A DNA stretch of 56,007 nt from a virus (taxonomy: Duplodnaviria; Caudoviricetes), in IMG/VR virus record IMGVR_UViG_3300042389_001858, positions 1 to 56,007 of that record; one strand, 5' to 3'. Shown piece after piece: positions 8,977 through 16,761 of this stretch. A program made the position numbers and the translations under genes. Every line of letters begins with the position of its first letter. Positions within the stretch are counted from its first letter, which is position 1. The notes beneath the pieces were generated by a model. The model made no database searches and was not told the DNA's origin. It worked only from the letters and a program-made list of their open reading frames with translations.

Positions 8977-9623
8977 CCGATCCCCGTCCCCGCAACAACC
9001 AGGGTCAATTCGCCCCGCAGGGCATGGACGGCATCGATGCCAACACCACATCCACGGCCTACAATCCGCAACTCATCGAGCAACGCAAACTCTCGCTGAT
9101 CGAAAAAATCCGCCGAATGCGCGGCGTGCGCAATGGCGTGGAGGAATCCGTGCCGCAGCAATTCTCCATGAAAACAAAACTCCGCCTGCGTGAACTGGCT
9201 CGCCAGACCTTTGATCCCTACGCTCCGCAACCCGCCCAACCTGGGCAGGGATCGCAGGATTTCCGCAATGCGGCGATCGGTATTGGCGCTTTGGGGGTGG
9301 GTGGCGGCGTGGCCTATGCCGGATGGCGCGGAGCGCAGGCCGCCAAGAGCGCGCAAGTGCTCACGGATGATGCGTTGAAAACCTCTGCCGAGGCTCGCAA
9401 AGCGGCTCGATCCGCCCGAGTCGCCGCCGCCCGCATGGGTCGCGCAGGCAAAGCAATCAAGACCCAACTCACCACTTTCCCGACATTCCGCAAAGCCGGT
9501 GGCGCAATCCGAAAGGCGCTCCGCTTCGAGGCTGACCTGGGGAGGTTGAGGGAACTCGCGGCCAGAAGCGAGCTGGCAAATGAAATGCGACGCCAGCGAA
9601 ACGCGGAGGCGAAGAAGAAATGA
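8973..9623 (+). CDS. Tagged basic protein with a glycine zipper (putative head cargo)
   Basis: PRNNQGQF motif, tags FSMKTKLRLRELA (9162) and FEADLGRLRELAARSELA (9525), and a GIGALGVGGG segment. Confidence 0.7.
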   Translation: MTDPRPRNNQGQFAPQGMDGIDANTTSTAYNPQLIEQRKLSLIEKIRRMRGVRNGVEESVPQQFSMKTKLRLRELARQTFDPYAPQPAQPGQGSQDFRNAAIGIGALGVGGGVAYAGWRGAQAAKSAQVLTDDALKTSAEARKAARSARVAAARMGRAGKAIKTQLTTFPTFRKAGGAIRKALRFEADLGRLRELAARSELANEMRRQRNAEAKKK

Positions 9624-10633
9624 AAAAACAAACCTGGGCCTCGATCGCCCGCGATAGCGCGGAGAAGGCGCACAAGACCGAAGTGGATTCGCTCAAGGCG
9701 AAGCTCGCGCAATACGCGCAAACGGTTTCCGATCTGGAAAAGCAACTCGGCATCGCTCTCACGCTCGGCAAGGCGAAGGTGAAGTCGCGCGCCATGGAGG
9801 TTTCCATGCAGGACAAGGCCGAAGCCGTGGCCGTGGCCCTGCTCTCGGATGTCCACGCCGAGGAGGAAGTGACCAGCGCCTCCGTGAATGGCTTGAACGA
9901 ATACAGCCTCGCCATCGCCGAGGAGCGCATGGCGAAATTTTTCCGCACCACCGCCCGTCTCACCGAGATCGAGCGCGGCGGGGCTAAGATCGACACGCTC
10001 GTGCTCTGGCTTGGGGGCGATTTGTTCTCGGGAATGATCCATGAGGAACTCATGGAAACCTCCAAAAAAACGCCCACACAGATGATCCTCTGGCTGCAAG
10101 AGCGGCTCATGGAGGGCATCGCCACGCTGAAGCCGCATTTCGAGAGAATTTTGGTTCCCACCTCGTATGGCAACCACGGGCGCACGACCAAGAAGCCCCG
10201 TCACGCCACGGGGGCCGCGCACTCCTACGAGTGGCTCATGTATAAGATCCTCGAAGGCCGCTACGCCTCGGACAGCCAGGTGGAGTGGCAGGTGGCGGAT
10301 TCGTATTTCAACTATGTGAATCTTTACGGCAGGACGCTGCGGTTCCACCACGGGGACAATCTGAAATACAACGGGGGCATCGGCGATATTTCGATCAGCG
10401 TGAACAAGGCGATCGCTTCCTGGAACAAGGGCGCGAACCGTGCCGACCTCGATATTTTTGGGCACTGGCACCGGTATATGCAGCACTCGAACTGGCTCTG
10501 CAACGGATCCGTGATCGGATACAACGCCTTTGCCTTGAGTATCAAGGCTCCCGCAGATGAAGCGCCCTGTCAGACTTTCTTCCTCTACGATAAAAAGCGC
10601 GGGCGCACCGTCACCTCCCCGATTCTTCTGTGA
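9620..10633 (+). CDS. Calcineurin-like metallophosphoesterase
   Basis: All five motifs are present: SDVH, GGD, GNHGR, FHHGD, FGHWH. N-terminal coiled coil. Confidence 0.88.
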   Translation: MKKQTWASIARDSAEKAHKTEVDSLKAKLAQYAQTVSDLEKQLGIALTLGKAKVKSRAMEVSMQDKAEAVAVALLSDVHAEEEVTSASVNGLNEYSLAIAEERMAKFFRTTARLTEIERGGAKIDTLVLWLGGDLFSGMIHEELMETSKKTPTQMILWLQERLMEGIATLKPHFERILVPTSYGNHGRTTKKPRHATGAAHSYEWLMYKILEGRYASDSQVEWQVADSYFNYVNLYGRTLRFHHGDNLKYNGGIGDISISVNKAIASWNKGANRADLDIFGHWHRYMQHSNWLCNGSVIGYNAFALSIKAPADEAPCQTFFLYDKKRGRTVTSPILL

Positions 10634-10645
10634 ACCCACACGCCT

Positions 10646-11113
10646 ATGCCAGACTGGAAAAAACTCCTCGCCGATCAACAGCGCCGCAAATACTCAAACG
10701 ATCCCAACCGCCAATGGAGCACCTATTCCAGGCAGGGCTGGGAAAAGGCCGAGCGCATCGCCGAGGAGTTGGATTGCAATCCCAACCAAGTCGGTGTGCT
10801 TTTGAAGGACAGCATTCAAGCCAAGCTCATCGAGCGCGAGGAATTCATGATTTGGAACCGAGAGGCCGATCGTCTTGAGAAGGTGGTGGCCTTCCGGAAG
10901 GTTCGCCCCGGGCAGCAGGCTGCGGGCGCAAAGGCCAAGCCTGTAAAAATGCCAAAGCCGGCGGCAGGAATGCGGGTGCGCAGCCGGCGGGGCCACTTCG
11001 GGAAAATCAAGTCCATCTCGGGGTCGAAGTGTGAAATTGTTTGGGATTCGGGAACAATTACCAATCCGGGGCTGAAGGCCTTTAAAAAAAGAGACATCCT
11101 TGTGGAGCCATGA
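10646..11113 (+). CDS. Hypothetical protein (possible HTH plus SH3-like C-terminus)
   Basis: 155-aa ORF in the operon. IAEELDCNPNQV resembles an HTH; GMRVRSRRGHFGKI..EIVWDSG resembles an SH3/KOW fold. Confidence 0.6.
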   Translation: MPDWKKLLADQQRRKYSNDPNRQWSTYSRQGWEKAERIAEELDCNPNQVGVLLKDSIQAKLIEREEFMIWNREADRLEKVVAFRKVRPGQQAAGAKAKPVKMPKPAAGMRVRSRRGHFGKIKSISGSKCEIVWDSGTITNPGLKAFKKRDILVEP

Positions 11114-11116
11114 GCC

Positions 11117-11386
11117 ATGAAAAAAAAGCAGGCGAGCGGCGGCAAAAAAGAAAAGGGACCGTGCGAGAATCGGCGGGAAATCCTCGAGGCAATCAAGAGC
11201 CAGCTTGCTGAGCATTTTGATGCCGGGGTGGGCATCGTGTGCTATGAGCAGTCTGCGGAAACGCATTTCTTCACCTTCCAGTTTGGAAACTCGTTTGCCG
11301 TGGAGGCGATGGGCAACAAGCTGCAAGAAACCATCTCCGAGTCTTCTGCGGATGATGATGGCGACGAGGAGGAGGAAGAGGATTAG
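11117..11386 (+). CDS. Hypothetical protein with an acidic tail
   Basis: 89-aa ORF filling the gap before the protease gene. Confidence 0.6.
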   Translation: MKKKQASGGKKEKGPCENRREILEAIKSQLAEHFDAGVGIVCYEQSAETHFFTFQFGNSFAVEAMGNKLQETISESSADDDGDEEEEED

Positions 11387-11417
11387 CCGTTTTCGTTGAC
11401 GCGCCCCGGTATGGGGC

Positions 11418-12731
11418 ATGGCAGACCTTAAAGAATTTTTTGCTCCGTTCGTTACGCAGAAGGTCGATCCGTCCAACGGAATCATCTATGGCGTTTCGGT
11501 GATCACCAGCGGGATCAAGGCTCGCGGGCACGATCTCGAAGTCGATGCCACGACCCTCTCGCAAATCAAAGAATGCGCCGAAAAGCTCGGCACCGTTCCC
11601 GTAAAGTGGAACCACCGCACCGGCGCGGATGCCGTGGCCGGGTATCTCGAAAATTTCCGCATCGAGGGGGGGAAGCTCCTTGGTGATTGGCACCTTCTTA
11701 AGACCCACGCGCAATACGGCCAGGCTATTGAAATGGCGCAGCGCATGCCGCGCAATGTGGGCCTCTCCGCCGCGTTTATGGGCGAGGATGAAGTGAGCGG
11801 CGGTTCCAAAAAGGCCCGCTGTTCCGAACTGATTTCCGTGGATCTCGTGGCGCAACCCGCCGCGAACCCGAACGGGCTCTTCGAGGCGAAGCTCCCCTCC
11901 GATCCTACGGAACTTGCCTCACAAGTTGACACCTCCACTTCTAACCGTATGGATCAAAACACCAACACCAACACCAACGCAGCGGCGGCCGAAGAGCCTT
12001 CTATGAAGGATGTCCTGGCGGCCCTGAACAAGCTCACTGAGCAGGTTACTGCACAGCAAGAGTCCATCGCCGCACTGCAAGGTGCGGGCAATCAAGATGC
12101 CGAGGAGATTTCCCTCGAAGAGATCATGAATCTCTCCGACGAGGACATCGCCCAGCTTCTCCAGGCCGGTGAAATCACCGAAGAGGACGCCGCCGGGATC
12201 AAGGCTTATCAAGCCGAAGTCATCGCCGCCGTCGAAGCCGAAGAGGCTGGCGAAGGTCAAGAGGACAAGGGCGAACTCGCCACTGCTGGAGCCGCCGCCG
12301 ATGGCAGCGATAGCTCCTCCACCGGCTCATCTGCCGAACTTTCCGCACTTCAAAAGCAGGTCAAGGAACTCAGCGCCCGTTTCGAGCGCGAAGATGCCGC
12401 CGCCGAGAACGCCGAAATCGAGCACTACTTTTCCACCATCGAGGGCAACCTCACCGCGCTGGCCGAAGAGAAGGCCAAGCTCACCGAGTTGAGCGAAAAG
12501 CTCCAGGCCGAGAACGAGGCCCTGCGCCACGCGGTCAAGACCGGCACCCGTCCGCTGGCGTTCAGCGCTGAGGGTCGCGCCACCACTGGCAGCCAGGGCG
12601 AACTTCACGAGTTTGATGCGCGCGTGAAGGCCCACACCGACTCGGGCAAAACCCACGCCCAAGCGGTCATGCTGGCTCACAAAGAAAATCCCGAAGCCCA
12701 CCAAGACTGGATTCGGAACCAAAACAAGTAA
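11418..12731 (+). CDS. Prohead maturation protease fused to scaffolding domain
   Basis: The N-domain has KWNH, GLSAAF and SVDLVAQPAANPNGLF (HK97/assemblin-type His/Ser pattern). The C-half is an acidic coiled coil. It lies just upstream of the capsid genes. Confidence 0.85.
   Translation: MADLKEFFAPFVTQKVDPSNGIIYGVSVITSGIKARGHDLEVDATTLSQIKECAEKLGTVPVKWNHRTGADAVAGYLENFRIEGGKLLGDWHLLKTHAQYGQAIEMAQRMPRNVGLSAAFMGEDEVSGGSKKARCSELISVDLVAQPAANPNGLFEAKLPSDPTELASQVDTSTSNRMDQNTNTNTNAAAAEEPSMKDVLAALNKLTEQVTAQQESIAALQGAGNQDAEEISLEEIMNLSDEDIAQLLQAGEITEEDAAGIKAYQAEVIAAVEAEEAGEGQEDKGELATAGAAADGSDSSSTGSSAELSALQKQVKELSARFEREDAAAENAEIEHYFSTIEGNLTALAEEKAKLTELSEKLQAENEALRHAVKTGTRPLAFSAEGRATTGSQGELHEFDARVKAHTDSGKTHAQAVMLAHKENPEAHQDWIRNQNK
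11949..12731 (+). CDS. Nested in-frame scaffolding protein (own start)
   Basis: An in-frame ATG lies 18 nt after an internal GTTGAC, at the protease/scaffold boundary. Analogous to lambda C/Nu3. Confidence 0.7.
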   Translation: MDQNTNTNTNAAAAEEPSMKDVLAALNKLTEQVTAQQESIAALQGAGNQDAEEISLEEIMNLSDEDIAQLLQAGEITEEDAAGIKAYQAEVIAAVEAEEAGEGQEDKGELATAGAAADGSDSSSTGSSAELSALQKQVKELSARFEREDAAAENAEIEHYFSTIEGNLTALAEEKAKLTELSEKLQAENEALRHAVKTGTRPLAFSAEGRATTGSQGELHEFDARVKAHTDSGKTHAQAVMLAHKENPEAHQDWIRNQNK

Positions 12732-12749
12732 CCAAGGAGAAAAAATACC

Positions 12750-13106
12750 ATGAATTTCAACAATGTTGTTTCGCTCCCCGCCGCCGCTGATTTGCGTGGC
12801 AAGGAGCACACCGCCGTCAGGCTCACCGCAACCGGCGTCAATATCGCCGGAGCCTCCGATCGGGTCATCGGCACCGTCATTCGCGGAGCCAATACCGGCG
12901 ATGCGGCGGATGTGTTTTTGAAGGCCGAGGGCCTTCGCTATGTCCGCGTCGGCAATGCCACTGCAATCGCGATTGCAGACGAACTCGAGCAGGCCGCCAA
13001 TGGCGAATATGTCAAGAAGACCACAGGGGCGACCGCCGCTCTCGCGCTCGAGGCGGCTCCTGCCAACAGCAACGGCGGCGGAATGATCCGCGCCATCCTG
13101 CTGTAA
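12750..13106 (+). CDS. Head decoration / capsid cement protein
   Basis: 118 aa, Ala/Gly-rich, located between scaffold and major capsid genes. Confidence 0.7.
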   Translation: MNFNNVVSLPAAADLRGKEHTAVRLTATGVNIAGASDRVIGTVIRGANTGDAADVFLKAEGLRYVRVGNATAIAIADELEQAANGEYVKKTTGATAALALEAAPANSNGGGMIRAILL

Positions 13107-13136
13107 CGATCACCACAACATCAAGGACCAACAACC

Positions 13137-14096
13137 ATGCCTTACAATACCACAGATTCCGTTCCTCGGCAGGATATCAGCACTCTCCTCATGGAGGCTG
13201 TCCACCAGGAGAAACACTACATCGCCCCCATGCTTCTGCCCATCTACGGCAGCGAGCGCGAGGTCGGTCGCTATCCGAAATTCACGATCGGCAAGTGCGA
13301 GCTTCTCAAGCGCGAGAGCCAGAAGCGCGGAGCCACCGGCACTTACAACGAGAGCGAAGAACTCTTCGAATGGGACAGCTACCAGACCGCTGAATACGGC
13401 CACGAGAAACGCATCGATGATGTCGTGCGCAAGCAAATGCGCGACTTCTTCGACGCGGAAATGGTCACGGCCAAGTTCTGCTCGAACAAGCTGATGCTGG
13501 ATTACGAAGTGGAGGCGGCTACCGCCCTCTACAATCCCTCAACCTTCACCGCCACCTCGGCGGGCACCGCCTACACCGAGGCGAACCTCGACACCATGGA
13601 TGTCCCTGCGGATATCAATGCGCTCATCGAGTCGCTCACCCTCGTCGGCGAAGAACCGAACACGATGGTCCTGAGTCTCCCGCTCTTCAACCGCATCAAG
13701 CGCTCGAAGAAGCTCCAGACCTACCTCTACGGCCACCTGAACACCACGCAGGGCGGCTCGAACATCACCAGCCAGATCATTGCCGACGCCTTTGGCATCG
13801 CCAATGTCATCGTCGCCAAGAAGAGCCACGACAACGCCATCAAAGGCAAAACCAATGTCGTGCCCGTCTGGTCGAACAACTACATCTGGATCGGCGATGT
13901 GCAGGGCGGCGACTTCATGAACGGCGGCGCTGGCCGCACGATCATCTGGGATGCCGACTCCGAAGGCGGTCTCTTCACCTCGGATCAATACCGCGACGAA
14001 GCCCGCCGCGGCGACAAGATCCGCGTGCGCAGCAACCGCGTGATCAAGATCATCAACCCGAATTCGGCCCGTCTCATCACGACGAACTGGGCCTAA
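13137..14096 (+). CDS. Major capsid protein
   Basis: 319 aa with EPNTMVLS and strongly C-ending codons. Position follows scaffold and decoration genes. Confidence 0.85.
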   Translation: MPYNTTDSVPRQDISTLLMEAVHQEKHYIAPMLLPIYGSEREVGRYPKFTIGKCELLKRESQKRGATGTYNESEELFEWDSYQTAEYGHEKRIDDVVRKQMRDFFDAEMVTAKFCSNKLMLDYEVEAATALYNPSTFTATSAGTAYTEANLDTMDVPADINALIESLTLVGEEPNTMVLSLPLFNRIKRSKKLQTYLYGHLNTTQGGSNITSQIIADAFGIANVIVAKKSHDNAIKGKTNVVPVWSNNYIWIGDVQGGDFMNGGAGRTIIWDADSEGGLFTSDQYRDEARRGDKIRVRSNRVIKIINPNSARLITTNWA

Positions 14097-14102
14097 CCGG
14101 AT

Positions 14103-14140
14103 GGAGGGGGCCGCTTAGCCGGGCTGCGGCGGCTCCCTCC
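14103..14140 (+). other. GC-rich hairpin after the capsid gene (mRNA stabiliser or processing site)
   Basis: ggagggggccgc pairs with gcggctccctcc. No long U tract follows. Confidence 0.55.
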
Positions 14141-14152
14141 CCACTCTTTCAC

Positions 14153-14226
14153 CGCAGGATAGAGAAATGGTATCTCACAAGGCCCATAACCTTGGGTTTC
14201 GGGTTCAACTCCCGATCCTGCTACCA
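14153..14226 (+). tRNA. tRNA-Met(CAT), initiator-like
   Basis: Cloverleaf cgcagga-ta-gaga/tctc-caagg-CCCATAA-ccttg-tcggg-TTCAACT-cccga-tcctgct-A-CCA. The C1:U72 pair is unpaired and CCA is encoded. Confidence 0.88.
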
Positions 14227-14245
14227 CCTTCCACACCACAACCGC

Positions 14246-14280
14246 TGGCAGACCGGTCCCGCAAGTCTGCCATTTTTTTT
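14246..14280 (+). terminator. Intrinsic terminator
   Basis: tggcagac/gtctgcca 8-bp stem followed by T8. Confidence 0.8.
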
Positions 14281-14799
14281 ATGAAGAAACTCGACCTTAA
14301 GACCAACCTCCGCGAACTCGCGGCACGCTCCGAAAAACTCAAGGAATTCGCCATGGTGCGAGCCGCCGATGGCCGCTTCATCGAAGTGGACGAGGAGGAT
14401 GCGGGCATGAGTGCAGGCACGGCGATCAAAGCCGGAGCCGGAGCTGCCGCCTTGGGTGGCGCAGGCTACGGAGCCTACCGTGGCCATCAGGCAATCATGG
14501 GCAAATACGGCACTCGCGGCTTGCTCGAAAACATCGATCCCAAGCTCCCTGCCGCCTACGCCAAGACTTCCGCCGCAGGCACCGCCGCCGCTTCGCCGAT
14601 GCAGGCCTACCGCTCCGCCGCCACGGATCTCGGCAACACCATTTCCAGCCGCGCCAGCCAAGGCTTGGCCGCCGGCAAAACGGCTTATGCCCGCCTCGGC
14701 GACCGCGCCACAGCGGCAGCCAAATACCCTGGCTTCACGCTCGGCCGCATCGGCCGCGCCATCCGCAAGGGCCTCGGCGCAGCGCTCAAGCTCCGCTGA
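14281..14799 (+). CDS. Tagged glycine-zipper protein (putative head cargo)
   Basis: Starts MKKLDLKTNLRELAARSEKLKEFA. Contains RAADGRF and GAGAAALGGAGYG. The ORF-track start at 14167 lies inside the tRNA and is rejected. Confidence 0.75.
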   Translation: MKKLDLKTNLRELAARSEKLKEFAMVRAADGRFIEVDEEDAGMSAGTAIKAGAGAAALGGAGYGAYRGHQAIMGKYGTRGLLENIDPKLPAAYAKTSAAGTAAASPMQAYRSAATDLGNTISSRASQGLAAGKTAYARLGDRATAAAKYPGFTLGRIGRAIRKGLGAALKLR

Positions 14800-14802
14800 T
14801 CC

Positions 14803-15012
14803 ATGAACCTTAAACTCCAACTCCGCGAACTCGCCGCCCGCTCCGAGCGGGTGGTGGAGCTGGGTGCTGGCGCAAATATTGCGAATCTTATGCCCACCAA
14901 TGCAGACAGGGCGGCTGCCCTGCCTAAGGCTGCGGCTGCTGATAAAAAATTGGCCGATATTAAAAAGGGGCTTCTCGAGCGAATCGCGCAGAATCAGACG
15001 CAAAAGAAATAA
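14803..15012 (+). CDS. Small tagged protein (putative head cargo)
   Basis: Starts MNLKLQLRELAARSERVVELG. Confidence 0.75.
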   Translation: MNLKLQLRELAARSERVVELGAGANIANLMPTNADRAAALPKAAAADKKLADIKKGLLERIAQNQTQKK

Positions 15013-15019
15013 TTTGCCC

Positions 15020-15337
15020 ATGAACCTCAAAACTCAACTCCGCGAACTCGCCGCCCGCTCGCAGCGGGTGGTGGAACTGGCGCGTGGGGATTTTGCGATC
15101 CCGGCCATGAAGAAGCTTCTCAAAAAAGGCATCGGCAACGGGGGCGACCCTGTTTCGATCGCGGAGATCGGCTCGTCTGGAACCACGGTTCCTTCCTTGC
15201 GCGGCAATGCAGCCAATGTCCGCCGCGCCTTGAATAAATTCTGGGAAAGCCCGCATTCCATGGCCGAGGCCGAGGGATTGATGCGCGGAAACCGCAAATG
15301 GGCCGCGCAGACGATCCGCCAGGCGCGCAGGCGTTAA
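15020..15337 (+). CDS. Small tagged protein (putative head cargo)
   Basis: Starts MNLKTQLRELAARSQRVVELA. The first ~60 nt are nearly identical to the 14803 gene. Confidence 0.75.
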   Translation: MNLKTQLRELAARSQRVVELARGDFAIPAMKKLLKKGIGNGGDPVSIAEIGSSGTTVPSLRGNAANVRRALNKFWESPHSMAEAEGLMRGNRKWAAQTIRQARRR

Positions 15338-15421
15338 AAATTTCCAGCGTGGAGAAGGGCAAGCCGTGAGTGCCCCGGGGGTGGGTGTCTTTGTCGTTTT
15401 CAGCGCCTCTAACTGCCGCAA

Positions 15422-15462
15422 GCCGCCAGCGGCTCCTCCGAACCACGGAGGCGGCGTTTTTT
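15422..15462 (+). terminator. Probable intrinsic terminator
   Basis: cctccg/cggagg stem, extendable by gccgc/gcggc, followed by T6. Confidence 0.6.
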
Positions 15463-15520
15463 GATTTCGGATTTCAAATTTGAATTCAAATTCCCCGGCG
15501 TTGACCCGCGGCGCGCGGGC

Positions 15521-15961
15521 ATGGCGAATGTAAACAAGGTGATTCTCATCGGGAATCTCACGCGGGATGTGGAGTTGAAGTCCACGCCGAAGGGAACGGC
15601 GGTGGCTTCCGGCTCCCTGGCGATCAACCGTAGCTACAAGACCGACCAGGGCGAGAAGCGCGAGGAGACGACCTATGTGGATGTCGAATTCTGGGGCCGC
15701 GTGGCGGAGATCGTGGCCGAGTATGTGAAAAAGGGGAATCCGCTCTATGTCGAGGGACGGCTCAGGCAGGAAAGCTGGGAGGACAAGGAGACGGGCAAAA
15801 AGCGCGCCCGCTTGAAAGTGGTCGCGGAAAACATCCAACTCCTCGGCTCCCGCAACAAACCCGCCGCCAAGCCAGCGGAATCCGAATCCGATGGCGCGCC
15901 CGAAGAATCCGGCCCGATGTCCCGCCAGGTGGGGCCGCTGGATGAGGACTGCCCGTTTTGA
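15521..15961 (+). CDS. ssb: Single-stranded DNA-binding protein
   Basis: MANVNKVILIGNLTRDVE, YVKKGNPLYVEGRL and an acidic DEDCPF tail. Confidence 0.95.
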   Translation: MANVNKVILIGNLTRDVELKSTPKGTAVASGSLAINRSYKTDQGEKREETTYVDVEFWGRVAEIVAEYVKKGNPLYVEGRLRQESWEDKETGKKRARLKVVAENIQLLGSRNKPAAKPAESESDGAPEESGPMSRQVGPLDEDCPF

Positions 15962-15963
15962 GT

Positions 15964-16290
15964 ATGAGCTTCGAGGCATCCATGGCATTGGCTGACGGGG
16001 CGGCATTCGAGGAGATGGGCGCGCCGATTACAGTGGGCACGGCCACGATCCAGGCGATCCGTCAGCCCACGGAGGACACCAGCCGCGCGGCGGATGGGGG
16101 GTTTGCGAAGCAGCAGACGGCCCGCTTCGAGATTTCAATGGGGGATTTTGTCTCCAAGGCTGTGAAGCTCGGCCAGAAGGTCTCCCAGGGCGCGGAGCAA
16201 TGGCGCATCGCGGCGCTTCGGCATAAGGGCGGCACGATGGAACTCGTCTGCGAGGCCACCAGCGGCCAAGGCGGACGCGCGGATTTTTGA
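15964..16290 (+). CDS. Putative head-tail joining (head closure) protein
   Basis: Size, position and beta-rich pattern resemble lambda FII. Confidence 0.55.
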   Translation: MSFEASMALADGAAFEEMGAPITVGTATIQAIRQPTEDTSRAADGGFAKQQTARFEISMGDFVSKAVKLGQKVSQGAEQWRIAALRHKGGTMELVCEATSGQGGRADF

Positions 16291-16294
16291 TTTT

Positions 16295-16738
16295 ATGGAC
16301 GAGGTAACTGGACTTTTGGAAACGGAACTGGCGAGTTTGTTTGTTTTGCATGCCGTGGTGGATTGCCCGGTGCTGCCAGGCGCGGCCACGGGGGAGCGGC
16401 CCGACGAGTATGTGAGCATCGTGTCTGTGGAGAGCGAATACCGCGCGGGGCGCGCCTACATCGTGGAGATGGAGTTTCGCTCTGTAGTGCCGCTGGATGA
16501 TGTGGGGGCGCTGGCGAGTGCGAAGCGGCGGCTGCGGCAGGTCACGGATTATCTGGCAGGGGATACGCTCCGGCAGATCGGGCTCATCGGCATAGGGCCG
16601 GTGACTTTGGGGCTGTCTGGATTCGTGATGAGATCCCTTTCCAGCGAAACCGGCGAGCGGAGTCGCGCTGAGGTCGCGCGGGTGCGGTTCGGGGTGAATG
16701 TGGAGCGGGTGAATCCTATCTCGGTGGTGGTGAGTTGA
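16295..16738 (+). CDS. Putative tail completion/terminator protein
   Basis: 147 aa between head closure and tube-like genes. Confidence 0.5.
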   Translation: MDEVTGLLETELASLFVLHAVVDCPVLPGAATGERPDEYVSIVSVESEYRAGRAYIVEMEFRSVVPLDDVGALASAKRRLRQVTDYLAGDTLRQIGLIGIGPVTLGLSGFVMRSLSSETGERSRAEVARVRFGVNVERVNPISVVVS

Positions 16739-16761
16739 CAGACGCTCTGGAATAAAAACCT

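Noticed and set aside
14167-14280. N-terminal extension of the 14281 gene
   Set aside because: It would run through the tRNA and the terminator.
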